A DNA stretch of 50,254 nt from Octopus sinensis (GCF_006345805.1 NW_021835780.1:1-50254), one strand, 5' to 3'. Shown: positions 36,467 to 48,475, numbered from the stretch's first letter. Numbers and translations: made by a program. The notes: generated from the letters alone by a model not told the origin.

Positions 36467-39400
36467 CCTATTAAAGCCAAAAATTAAAAGAAGTTAAATT
36501 TTCTATAAAATTTTAATGTGGTAATTTGGATACTGCATTTAAATTACTCTTTGATTGATTGATTGATTCTAGTTTCAGCTTATGAGCTGTGGCCATGCTG
36601 GGGCACCACCATTTGCTGTTTATTACAAAAACAAAATTGAAGTTTTCACATTTTTTAAACGTTTGATAGATCATTGGAGTTTTCTGGTTCGTAAGAGTTT
36701 TGGTATAAAGAAAATGCTCTTTTACATTTCTTTATTGAAAAACTTACACTAGAAATCGTTAATATTAACGGTCATTATGACAGAAAATAACTTAATTTAT
36801 TATTACTGATAGTAAGCTACAAAACATGTATCCGGATGAAGTCCGACATTACATTTAATACATACAAACTTGGCACATTTTCCACATACTGCACACTTTC
36901 TCTGCGTATCATTTTTATTGACAAAGTGGGTTTTACCCTCAAATCTGTTTGAAGAACTTGTTTCATTGTTTTAGGACGGACTCTTCGCTTTGGTTCTAAA
37001 TCTTTTGCAGGAAGTAGTATCATAACATTTTCTCTGGTGAATTCCGAGAGAGAAATTTTCTTTTCAGTTTGATAGTACAAGGTCTATAGATTCACTATGC
37101 CACCATTGAGACAAAAGCGAAACAACGACCAATACCACTTTCTCTATCTAATTCTATTTCTGTAATGTTCCCTCATTTTATGAGAAATATCTATTCCCTC
37201 CCCATTCGTCTGTTGTATAACTTAGCGATATTGGGTTGTGGAACAGTAACCTATTTTCTTTCGGTTTTCTTCCATCGCTTACAACTTCCAACTTCAAGCA
37301 AAGCTTTTTCTTTTCAATTATTTGGAACTAAAGTAACTTGGGTAAAGATGTCTTGCCACCATAAAATGGCAGTCCTGCTTTAGGACGAATATTGCTGTAA
37401 TTTAGCCCCAGGAGACATCGTCTCCAGCTGGCTATACGACACGATCTGTGTCCTTACATTTTCGAACAATTACAGCAACATTAGTCCTAAACCAGGACTG
37501 CCATGTTATGTTGGCAACCAATCTTTACTCCAAAGTACTGTTGCTGAATATATCTCGTTGTGAGATTTACAATAGTAACCTTCTAAAGTAACTTGGTTAT
37601 TATTGTTCCACCTAACAAGAGTAACTCCATTTGTTCGATCTTCAGCTGCCCAATATACACCTCACTGTGCATTACTTCGGTTCTTTAAAAGTGTCGGCTC
37701 AATTCGATCTTTCCTGAGACTTCCAACAAAGACACTCGTGCTTAACAGAGACTGTATCAAGGATAAAGAAGTGAAATAATTGTCCATAAGATTCAAGCAC
37801 CCTGACATACAAAACCTAAATAATGTATTTCTGTTACTGAAGATCCTGCCACTTGTCCCCTGCACCAGTACACACATAAAACTTAATCAAATACTACCCT
37901 TCTGTTGTTGTTGATACCAAAACTTAAATCCATAACGAATAGGCTTTTCTCTTGTAAACTGCTTCATTCCATGGTACCCGTAGTAAGGCTCCAGTGCTTC
38001 ATCAAGAGAGAAAGTTTTTATCTATCGGTAGAATGAACACACAGAATTTCCCAGTTAGATGGTCTAGGAGAGGCCTAATTATATTAAGATTGCCACAAAG
38101 ATCGATTGTCATGTTATCGTTGAAGTGTATATATTGGTGAATCTTTTCAAATTTATTTCTACTCATAGAATGGCTTACTAGAAAGTTATTTGCATCTAGA
38201 TGAGTCTCCTAATACATTTTTAAACGGAGCTTTCTCATACCCTAACAATAAAAGGACTCCAAAATATTTGTAAAGATTTTTCAGCAGACGAAGTAAATTA
38301 CGTACCTCCTTTTTCGAATGCTTATTCAACTGTTTCTTTGTATATGTGTTCCATCATTTCTTCAGTAAAGCATAATTTGAAGATGTCAAAAAGCTTACTT
38401 TCATTTCCCTTTATGTTCTTTATAATTCCAGGTTTTAATTCGTTTACCTAGTACTCAGCTGTTTTGGAAGTGTTTTTAATGCTTTAGAAGCCCACGTACA
38501 CGAAGTTTTTGCTGCACTTCCACACTTTTTTCACGGAAAACTATCAGAAAGATTTCTGTGCTAATCTTGATTTTGCAGTCAAATTTCTGCGCTTTATGAA
38601 AGTACACCATGACCAATGTCTCTAAGATTTGCTGGTGCCTCTTCGCAATCATTGCCTGCATCATCTTTATCTGAATCTAGGCCATCATTTGGGGCACGCA
38701 AAACAAATCCAAGTTCTTGTGCATCCTCAATTTCAGCCGCCAATAATTCGGAATGCTCACTTGCTTCGATGACGTTCAATAGTTCATCTGCGTCCCTTTC
38801 GACATCAAGATTTCTCTTCGGCATCATTGTTTTGAAAACGAAATGAAACACTTATAAACTTTTCAGAGCTAAATGTAAAAAATATATTTATTTTGCAATT
38901 CTTAATAGACCCTTAAATATATTTACTAGCAAATACAGCAAATAAAGTTTTTAAAAAAAGACAAAACAATAAGTACAATTGTGCGTCAAATATGAATTCT
39001 ATAATATTCTGAAATGAACGCTTCGATTCGCAGCGTATGATTTATCATACTCAGGGGAAAAAACACTTAATAAATTCAACTTACGATGCAATACATGGAT
39101 AATTTATCCTGTTCATGCGATTGTATTAGCATTATCAGGCGTTTGAGAATAAAATTATTTCTGTATACTTAATAAATCAAAACATTCAAAATATTTTTGT
39201 TTGAAATATCATTTCAAGTTAAGACATAAGTTGCAGAATAAAAAATATTAAAGTTTTGGGATTCTATATCGCTACAAAAATATTGAGCATAAATGTGCTG
39301 TCTATAAAGCTCACTTGACCAGATCAAAATGACTGCTGAAAGAAAACTTCACAACAAATTATTAAATGAAATTATAAGGCCAAATCTGCCAAATGTTGCT

Positions 39401-39527
39401 AGAGAAATTGTTAAAATCCATATTGGTATAGGTTCTGAAATGAAATGTAGAGCGGTTAAATTTTTTAAATGATTTTTTCGTTGGTAAGATTGTCCGTGTT
39501 ATTTATCATATGTTGGGCACTAATGGC
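36467..39527 (-). mobile_element. Decayed near full-length piggyBac element (transposase relic ~38824-36830)
   Basis: TTAA at 36463-36466 and 39528-39531 with degenerate TIRs; minus-strand FSLDEALEPYYGYHGMKQFTREKPIRYGFKFW, MDNYFTS, LVRWNNN, VPQPNIAKLYNRRMGG, KWYWSLF, terminal Cys-rich C..C...C.KC.V.LH...CF. Confidence 0.85.
37342..37582. mobile_element. 241-bp fold-back insertion in the piggyBac ORF with a 14-bp TSD
   Basis: CTAAAGTAACTTGG at 37328-37341 and 37583-37596; inverted arms ~37342-37402/37468-37530. Confidence 0.85.
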
Positions 39528-39916
39528 TTAACACGTTGTGCTCTCATTTACACGGCAAATGGAGCTTTATTAGGATAAAAATAATCATGTCTGCACATGT
39601 GCATGTTTGGTTTCTATTTATGGAAATGTAACTTCAGTAGTTCATTTTCTACGGTATAATAGTTTTAAGAATGTGAGACAAATAACCGTTTGAAAATTGC
39701 TTAGTTTTGCTTTGATATCAATAGTTAACACAGTGTGGGAGCAACTCAGAAATCACTGCTCCGAGAACCAAGCATTGCTGTGCAAATCGAGGACTTCATT
39801 AAGCTACAACACTACACTCTACGTCTCCGCGTATTTATAGCTTGATAACAGACAAGATCCTGAAACACATATACACACACATATATATTTATATAATCAG
39901 ACGATGAATAATTGTC

Positions 39917-40169
39917 TCTTTAGTAGAAGAATGGGAACATTACTACATTACAAAAGACCATAATCAGTAGATATAACATAGTTTTAAAAACAAACAAAAA
40001 GCGAAAGAATACAGCACGGACGCGGCTGAAGTTGAGGCCAACTTTAGACAGACTTCAGCCACAACCCTGTAGTATTCTTGAGATATTCTTTTGCTTGTAG
40101 AATTACGTTTCATCTAATGATTACTGTTTTCTGTAATGGAGTAATGTTCTCATTCTTCTATTAGAAAGA
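39917..40169. repeat. Imperfect ~250-bp fold-back
   Basis: TAGTAGAAGAATGGGAACATTAC... / ...GTAATGTTCTCATTCTTCTATTAG; inner AAGAATAC..GGCTGAAGT / ACTTCAGCC..GTATTCTT. Confidence 0.8.
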
Positions 40170-40502
40170 TGCGTTTAGAAACAGCTGTAATGAGCTGACA
40201 ATTATCCATCATCTGTTAATATTCATTTGATTATAATACCCCATAGGGATTCACAGTTTACCAAACAACGTACTATTCAATTTAACGCGGAATTTGAACC
40301 AGCACCTATGCGCTAAATACTCATAGGGTTGGTTTCTTTGTGTACACAACCGAAATAGCCTATTTGATACTCACCAAATTAAACCAGAATCACCGGTTTA
40401 TGAAACTCTACCTGGTGCATATCTTTTTAAGTATCCGATACTATCAGAATCCTTGTTTAACTAAGAAACATATTTATATTTAAACATATATAATACACAT
40501 GC

Positions 40503-40550
<48 letters not shown>

Positions 40551-40608
40551 CATACACACACACACACACACACGCACACACGCGCATATATATATATATA
40601 TATACATC

Positions 40609-40698
<90 letters not shown>

Positions 40699-41252
40699 AC
40701 ATCCATACACACACACACGCACACACGCGCGCAAACACACACAACACACACACACACATATATATTATATATATATATATATATATAATATATATATAGA
40801 TATATATATATATATATATATATAAAGGAAAATACGCACACTTACATAGATAAATAAAGGGAGGTAATTGGTTATCGTTATTATTGTTATTGTTGTGGGT
40901 AAGGGAGATAACTGTTCAGCTTTCGGTAATGGATGGGGAATATATATGTGTACAAAGACAAGTTTCAAAAACCTTGTTTAGTGAGAGGATTTATGTACAG
41001 TGATGTAATCGTGAATTGAAATATGTAAAAAGATAAAAGTTGGTTATGCGTGCATATTAAGACGTGTTCTGTAATTTTCAATGAAAAAAGTTTCTTTATT
41101 TAAACGTTCTAGTTGTGAGACTGTGTCTTTGCTCTGGTAGAAGGGGAAGACTGTGAAATTTGGTTTGATGTTATCTGCACATTTTTCTATATGTTCACTG
41201 AGAGGAATTTGCCTGTATTGCGGGAAACGGATTGGCTCTTTATGTAGAGTGG

Positions 41253-41514
41253 TTCCGGTTCTCTGTTTAGCCCCTTATGGGCAATAAAGAAATAAGAATC
41301 TTTAGCACGCCGGGCGAAATGCTTAGCGGTGTTTTGTCTAGCGTTACATTCTGAGTTCAAATTCCGACGTGATCGATTTTGCCTTTCATCCTTTCGGGGT
41401 CGATAAATTAAGTACCATTTACGCACTGGGGGGGTCGATGTAATCAACTGAAACCCCATGTCTGTCCTTGTTTGTCCCATCTATGTTTAGCCCTCTGCGG
41501 GCAATAAAGAAATA
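41253..41514 (+). mobile_element. SINE family A (tail fragment followed by a 5'-truncated copy)
   Basis: TGTTTAGCCC..GGGCAATAAAGAAATAA occurs at 41264-41295 and 41484-41515 around the family core. Confidence 0.85.
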
Positions 41515-41646
41515 AATTTATGTCGGTCATTGTAGTAATCCTAGCATACATATGCTATTAATGCCCTTCACAGGGATATCAAGATCTCAATGTTATTGTG
41601 TTGCATGTGTACATGTCTGTGTGCGTATGTGTGTGTGTTTGTGCGC

Positions 41647-41689
<43 letters not shown>

Positions 41690-42180
41690 TATGTGTGTGT
41701 GTATGTGGGGGGGGAAGAGGAGGTGACGTCTTTGGTTTCGTGACTATGTGGCATGTGAGAAATAGGAATAAAGGGGAAAAGAAAAATGTAGAATATGATT
41801 AGGGTAATAAAGACGGTAGGGGTAGCAGTGATGGTGATGATGGTGATGAGGAATATCGTCATCGTGAACATCATCATCATCACCATTTTAATGATTAATG
41901 GATAAATAATTTTACCATTAATATTCAGATTATTTCTGACCTGAAGACATCCACAGAACTCAACCTACAATCTCTTTGACAGTCTAATGAAAGACTGGCA
42001 GTCAATATTATTGGTAATCTTTCCATGTGGTGATTGTGTCGGTGATGGTGGTGGTGGTAGTGGTCGTCGTCGCCGTCGTGGAGATGGTGGTGGTGATGTA
42101 ATGGTGGTGGTTATGGTGGTTGTGATGGTGGGGTTCGTGGTGGTGGTGGAGATGATGGTGTGGCGAAGATATCATATGCC

Positions 42181-42245
42181 CGTGGTTAAGAGCATATTGG
42201 TTAAGAGCGCGGTCTACTAACCCCAAGATTCCGACTTCGATTCCT
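42181..42245 (+). promoter_or_regulatory. tRNA-like Pol III head (A and B boxes) followed by (AAT)n
   Basis: TGGTTAAGAGCGCGG-TCTACTAA-CCC..GACTTCGATTCC; TGGTTAAGAGC is duplicated. Confidence 0.6.
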
Positions 42246-42300
42246 AAATAATAATAATAACAACAACAACAACAACAACAATAATAATAATAATAATAAT

Positions 42301-42857
42301 AAATTCCCTGATGCAGTACCAGTCAGTGGCTCTCATGGCTTCTGATCTTAACTGATTGGAAGTGTTATCAAGTACATTGTTTTGTCTTGGTATAAAAGAT
42401 GGGCTACAGTAAAAATTCTGCTCAATACCATAGATTTGCTTGTCAGTTGTTTGACTTTAACCAGTTGAGCATGTCCCTCAGTGGCTGACGATATGTGCAT
42501 CTCTGATCATGAGCAGAAGTAGTGGGGAGCATCATAGCCGTGTGTTGAAAGGAATTATTGGAGGTTTGGATAATTCACCTTTGGAAACATGGGTGGTTCG
42601 TTCAACATCTTTAAACAATCCTAATTCAGGGACCTTTAGAACGGGATGGGCTACTCGACCAGAAGAAAATTCTAACTGGGCCCCACGTGCAAAGTCATGC
42701 GCTGTTTATCTTGATATGAGATCACCATGTTGCGCACATATGGTTGTGATGCATGTGTCTAGTGTACCCTTATCAGACGGGTAGTCATGATGGGTATGCT
42801 GGGCGTCATATATTTTACCCCAGTGTCACTTTTATGGCATGCTCTGCTCTCTCACTC
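42301..42857 (+). mobile_element. ~560-bp (AAT)n-embedded element, copy 2
   Basis: Colinear with 6376-6935, same ends. Confidence 0.85.
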
Positions 42858-42888
<31 letters not shown>

Positions 42889-42914
42889 TAATAATAATAA
42901 TAATAATAATGATG

Positions 42915-42975
<61 letters not shown>

Positions 42976-42998
42976 TAATAATAATAATGATAATAATA

Positions 42999-43029
<31 letters not shown>

Positions 43030-43083
43030 TAATAATATCGAAAAATACCTTAGGAATGGAACCCAGGTTCGAAATTTCCCCAA

Positions 43084-43129
43084 GACACCTGATGAAAGCT
43101 GGGAGGTATATCAGCCGAAACATTGTGTT
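43084..43129 (+). ncRNA. Near-intact minimal hammerhead within element 43037-43202
   Basis: GACAC-CTGATGA-AA-GCTG..CAGC-C-GAAA-CA-T-T-GTGTT; helix III ACAT may be a CpG-decayed ACGT. Confidence 0.6.
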
Positions 43130-43551
43130 AACAAGAAACAAGATGAGGACAAATATCCGTCAATTGTAAATAATGTAAATAATGTACATAATTCCTCATC
43201 TCCCCATTGACAAGAAGTTGATAAGCCTCACTGTTATAAAGTGTAAGAGGCCCAGCGCATCATTTATAAATGGACTAGTGTTGATTGTATATTGAATATT
43301 TTTGCATGTTAATATTTGTAATGGACTATTAAGTCCAATAATTGCAAAAACTGTTGTGAGAGGTTCAATACCTCGTTTTGTTTATTCTGTTGAAAGAAAC
43401 GGACAATGTCTTAGAGAAGCAGAAAATCGGCGGGCATTTTTTGTCTTCTCTCATCAATATCATCCTTATTTCATCATTCACCTCATCAATGTATATGTCC
43501 AGCCCGCAAGCTACTCTTTGTAATGCCTTTATGGCAAATTTTTATGATATA

Positions 43552-43975
43552 AAGTAGCTTGCTTCCCAACCATATGGTTCTGGGTAACTTGGGCAAGTGT
43601 CTTCTACTATAGCGTCGACCCGACCAAAGCCTTGTGAGTTGATTTGGTAGGCGGAAACCCAGATTGGGTGTTGTGAGTGTTTATTGAGCGAAAACACCTA
43701 AAAGCTCCACGAGGCTCCTGTAGTGGGTGGTGGCGAACCCAACTGTATTCTTTCACCACAACTTTCTCTCACTCCTTCTTCCTGTTTCTGTTGTACCTGT
43801 ATTTCAAAGGGCCAGCCTTCTCACACTCTGTTTCACGCTGAATCTTCCCGAGAACTACGTTAAGGATGCGCATGTCTGTGGAGTGCTCAGCCAATTGCAC
43901 GTTAATTTCAAGAGCAGGCTGGTTCGTTGATCGTTTCAACTGGAACCTTTGTCGTCGTAATTGACGGAGTGCCAC
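43552..43975 (+). mobile_element. Chimeric SINE: family B 5' part joined to family C body and tail
   Basis: Family B sequence to GGTAGGCGGAAAC (~43658), then CCAGATTGGGTGTTGTGAGTGTTTATTGAGCGAAAACACC of family C. Confidence 0.8.
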
Positions 43976-44016
43976 AACGCATAGCTTCAATTGTAAAGGG
44001 GAAATAAATTATACTT

Positions 44017-44148
44017 TGGCTTTCATCCTTTCGGGGTCGATTAAATAAGTACCAGTTACGCACTGGGGTCGATATAATCGACTTAATCCGTTTGTCTGTC
44101 CTTGTTTGTCCCCTCTGTGTTTAGCCCCTTGTGGGTAGTAAAGAAATA
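44017..44148 (+). mobile_element. SINE family A, 3' part
   Basis: CTTTCATCCTTTCGGGGTCGATTAAATAAGTACCAG...TGTGTTTAGCCCCTTGTGGG. Confidence 0.85.
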
Positions 44149-44259
44149 AATATATTATTTGCTACATATTACCGCTACATAGGTTCAAACTTGCGGTGGA
44201 TACCTTGTACTTTAGAAGTTCCTGCACACACTGCTATCATACACAGCAATATATTGCTC

Positions 44260-44870
44260 TATATTATTGACTAATATATAGCTTATCTTATTCCTGAGCT
44301 CTTCTACGTATATAACTTTCACGTTTGTTGCTGGAGTCGGGTGATGCCGGTTATTAATTGTTTCTCAGATAAAAATGAATCAGTCAGTCAGCTCTTTTCT
44401 GTCACCTCATTTATATTGATTTGTTGTACTGTCAGTTTCTCTTTCTGCCGAATCTTCCATTAAAATCTGCCGTTATAATTGTTTCTCTAGTTTTGGTGTA
44501 TTTAATTACATTTTGAATTTGCTGGTAGAATTCTTCTATCTGCTTATCCTTATGACTTATATATATACGAATGTATACCTCTTTAATTTTGTTATCGAAA
44601 GGTTTTTACATGTAGTTTCCTCATTATTACTCTATCCGAAACCACTCGGCGTCCAATTAGTAAATTACTTTAGCGTTTTTCATTATTATTTCTACTTGTT
44701 TTTTTATTCAGTTAGTTGTTTATTTATTTATTTTGGTACAATATTCCATCAGTATACAACACTGCATGATTCTTGTCTAACAATTTTACCATCATCTCTT
44801 TATTTAATTGCAGATATTTCCTCGAAAGCAGTAATCATGTTTTCTGTCTCCTGTCAAATTTTTCTAGTTG
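44260..44870 (-). mobile_element. Decayed RTE-clade LINE apurinic endonuclease domain
   Basis: VSDRVIMRKLHVK/PFDNKIKEVY...HKDKQIEEFYQQIQNVIKYTKTRETIITADFNGRFG and KLYT*KSSG..NKISYILV resemble RTE APE motifs. Confidence 0.75.
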
Positions 44871-45107
44871 ATGGCTTGTTCTACTTTTCTAAGTTTATAC
44901 ACGTAAGAAACATTCCCTAGTTTTCGGAGCAGAACCATTGTAATCCTAACCCACTAATGCTAGTCCTCACAATCATTTTTCCCTTATCCTACTAAGAACT
45001 TTGTCTCTTTTCTTCAGTAATTAATCTGTGGATCAGCTTCAGGACACCCAAATTTTTCTGTAATTTTCCTGATAGTTTCTAATTCTATTCATAGTTATCT
45101 AAGGGTA

Positions 45108-45497
45108 GGAAGGAAGGAAGCACTCCGTCGGTAACGACGACGAGAGTTCCGATTGATCCGATCAACGGAACAGCCTGCTCGTGAAATTAACATGTAAGTG
45201 GCTGAGCACTCCACAGACACGTGTACCCTTAACGTAGTTCTCGGGGATATTCAGCGTGACACAGAGAGTGACAAGGCCGGCCCCTTGAAATACAGGTACA
45301 ACAGAAACAGGAAGTAAGAGTGAGAGAAAGTTGTGGTGAAAGAGTACAGCAGGGATCACCACCATCCCTGCCGGAGCCTTGTGAAGCTTTAGGTGTTTTC
45401 GCTCAATAAACACTCACAACGCCCGGTCTGGGAATCGAAACCGCGATCCTACGACCGCGAGTCCGCTGCCCTAACCACTGGGCCATTGCGCCTTCAC
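45108..45497 (-). mobile_element. SINE family C, full length, 11-bp TSD
   Basis: Head GGCGCAATGGCCCAGTGGTTAGGGCAGCGG...GGTTTCGATTCCC; (CTTC)n tail; ATCTAAGGGTA at 45097-45107 and 45498-45508. Confidence 0.92.
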
Positions 45498-45849
45498 ATC
45501 TAAGGGTATACACACAGTATGGCTCCCAAACGCTTGCTAGTCGTCAATATTCTTATGCCTGAAGGGTACTCCAGATGCTCCACCAATTTTGATATCATGG
45601 CAACCGCGTTACATTTTGGTTCACCTTTCTCTTGTGTTCTTCCAATATCCATGCATTTAAGGGTTAACGTCCACTGTACAGTGGTCCGCTCGTGACTGTT
45701 ATAACGAGCTCCTTAGTTTACTCCTCAAACAAAGGAAGGTGCTATTAAGTGACCACCTCGATACAAAACCAATACTGTTTTTCTACACTTCTTACACACA
45801 CACACACACACACATGTATATGTGTATATATACATGTATACATACATAC

Positions 45850-45902
<53 letters not shown>

Positions 45903-45996
45903 GGAGTAAACACATAAATGTGAAACAAGGTGGAAAAAAGAGTACTCAAATACCAGTGGTAGAGTAATATGCTTTATTTTAGCAGCAGAAAATTCA

Positions 45997-46047
45997 ACAA
46001 AATCTGTTACTCTGAGTTTCTCGTTGCCGTTCATCAGACAGTTTTTG
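45997..46047 (-). ncRNA. Type I hammerhead with canonical core in a ~150-bp element (45900-46048) bounded by (TA)n
   Basis: CTGT-CTGATGA-ACG-GCAA-CGA-GAA-ACTC-A-GAGT-A-ACAG; helix I extends through CAAAA/TTTTG. Confidence 0.8.
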
Positions 46048-46056
46048 CTATATATA

Positions 46057-46113
<57 letters not shown>

Positions 46114-46570
46114 AAATTAGTCAAAGGACATACTAGGTATGTCTACCTGTTGGAAATAACAGTCAAAACTCTCATTTAAATCGCCAAAAGACACTGATAA
46201 TAACTACAGAAATCAACCGTCCGAAGGCAAACGGTTTAGGACAATCTCTCCGCATACATTCAAGTATTAGGACTCATGAGGACCGGTTTCTGGACTGGCA
46301 TTACAGCCTCTCCTTCCTCAGCACGCGTTACTATGATGGAGAGCTCCAACCCATCATGTTGAAATCTGCGTGGCATCTGATTCATTTTGCACCAAATCAT
46401 GGCAGCCATCAGTGTGAAAATAATTTTAATACGGAGCAAACAAATAATGAGAAAATATTTGCGAAGATATCATTGACTCTATTACTATGAGAATCAATAA
46501 TGTAGGCGATTGCAGGACCCCCGGAAAAGCTTTAAATAACTGAAGGATTAAAATAAATCAAAGGACATCA
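46114..46570 (-). mobile_element. ~437-nt hammerhead-bearing monomer with short terminal redundancy (retrozyme-like or Penelope pLTR-like)
   Basis: TCAAAGGACAT at 46121 and 46558; hammerhead at 46275-46327; homologous to 30754-31348. Confidence 0.75.
46275..46327 (-). ncRNA. Type I hammerhead motif with ACCGGT palindromic helix III
   Basis: CGCGTG-CTGAGGA-A-GGA-GA-GGC-TGTAAT-GCC-AG-TCC-A-GAAA-CCGG-T-C-CTCATG. Confidence 0.65.
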
Positions 46571-46739
46571 TACCCAACACTTGAACATTTACTTATATAC
46601 ATATATATATGTGTGTGTGTGTGTGTATGTATGTGTATGTATGTAGGTATTAGGTAGGTAGGTAGGTAGGTAGGTAGTATAGTACAAATGCACGAACCTC
46701 GGACCTTGGGCCACGCTGTTATTTCTGCTAAATCTTAAT

Positions 46740-46782
<43 letters not shown>

Positions 46783-47014
46783 TAAATATATATGTATATA
46801 TATATATATAATTAAAAATATATATGTATATATATACATATATAATTAAAAATATATATGTATATATATATATATAATTATAATATGTAGTATATATAGA
46901 TATAATTATAAATATATAGTATATATATATATATATATATATATGTGTATATTATTATATGTATAATATATATATGTATAATTATATATATGTATATATA
47001 TATATATGTATGTA

Positions 47015-47096
<82 letters not shown>

Positions 47097-47114
47097 CATA
47101 TATTTGGATAATAT

Positions 47115-47296
47115 ATCCCAGGACGTATTCTTTGGAAGCCTAGTACTTATTCTATCAGTCTCTTTTGCCGAACCGCTACGTTACGGGGGACGTAAACGCA
47201 CCACCATCTGTTGTCAAGCGATGTTGGGGGGACAAATACACAAACACAAATACACACACACACACACACACACACAACACACACACACACATAATA

Positions 47297-47339
<43 letters not shown>

Positions 47340-47452
47340 TACGACGGGTTTCTTTCAGTTTCCGTCTACCAAATCCGCTCAGAAGCTTCGGTCAGCCTGA
47401 GGCTATTGTAGAAGACACTTGCCCAAGGTGCCACGCAGTGGGAATGAACCCA
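47115..47452 (-). mobile_element. SINE family B, both ends clipped
   Basis: Reverse complement of the family body with its internal microsatellite. Confidence 0.85.
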
Positions 47453-48097
47453 GTAACATTCTTTTAGTCAGCAGTCTTCTAAAGTTTTTTTCGGACAACT
47501 GAATAACAAAATCAGATTCTACGTGAAAAATAACATCGATATACCAAATTTGAAAGAATAATACATTTTTGCAGCGAAAATTCAAAATGCAAATTTTGTA
47601 TATAGGTACGGTAACTTTAAACAGGTAGCAGTTCGGCTCGTTAAATAGGCACCGATGTGTCTTTGGCTTACGCTTAGCTAAAATTACCCAAAATTTGCAA
47701 ACTTTAAAAGCTATTAACTTTTTATATATTAACTTACGGCAAAAATGAATTCGATTTCCATAATTAGTATACATCAATACACCAAATTTAAAGTGAATTC
47801 GAACAAAATTATTAAAGGAACTTGAAAGTGAAAGCCAAACAGAAAACATCCTATATATATGTAATATGATATGCATATACTTAAGGGGTATTTATAAAAT
47901 ACATTGTATGCGAACGTATGCATGAAAGCACAAAAGTATATACAATCCGTAGCAAGCGAGTATGACTTAGAAATAAATGCCATGCCCTCGTTTGCTTACG
48001 GTGCCTATGCAGCAGCATATAGTCACAAACAACCAACACGTATATAATATATGTCTTATATATGTTTATATGTTTATATATAAAATATAATAATTAT

Positions 48098-48475
48098 AGA
48101 TGCAGGAGTGGCTGTGTGGTAATTAGCTTGCTTACCAATCACATGGTCTCGGATTCAGTTCCACTGCTTGGCACCTTGGGTAAATGTCTTCTACTATAGC
48201 TTCGGGCCGACCAAAACCTTGTGAGTTGATTTGTAGACGGAAACTGAAAGAAGCCCGTCGTATATGTGTGTGTGTGTGTATGTTTGTGTGTGAGTGTTTG
48301 TCCCTCCGCCATCGCTTGACAACCGATGTTGGTGTGTTTACCTTCCCATCACTTAGCGATTAGGCAAAAGCGACCGATCGAATAAGTAGTAGGCTTACAA
48401 AGAATAAGTCCCGGAGTCGATTTGCATGATCGCACTCGAATGACTGAAATAGATAAAAGAAAAGAATAAAAGAAT
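48098..48475 (+). mobile_element. SINE family B, near full length
   Basis: GCAGGAGTGGCTGTGTGGTAA...GGAAACTGAAAGAAGCCCGTCG...TGACTGAAA. Confidence 0.9.

Noticed and set aside
45420-45495. tRNA gene
   Set aside because: It is the head of a TSD-flanked SINE with no proper acceptor stem
47470-47830. Possible DNA-transposon subterminal sequence
   Set aside because: No paired TIRs or TSD could be located
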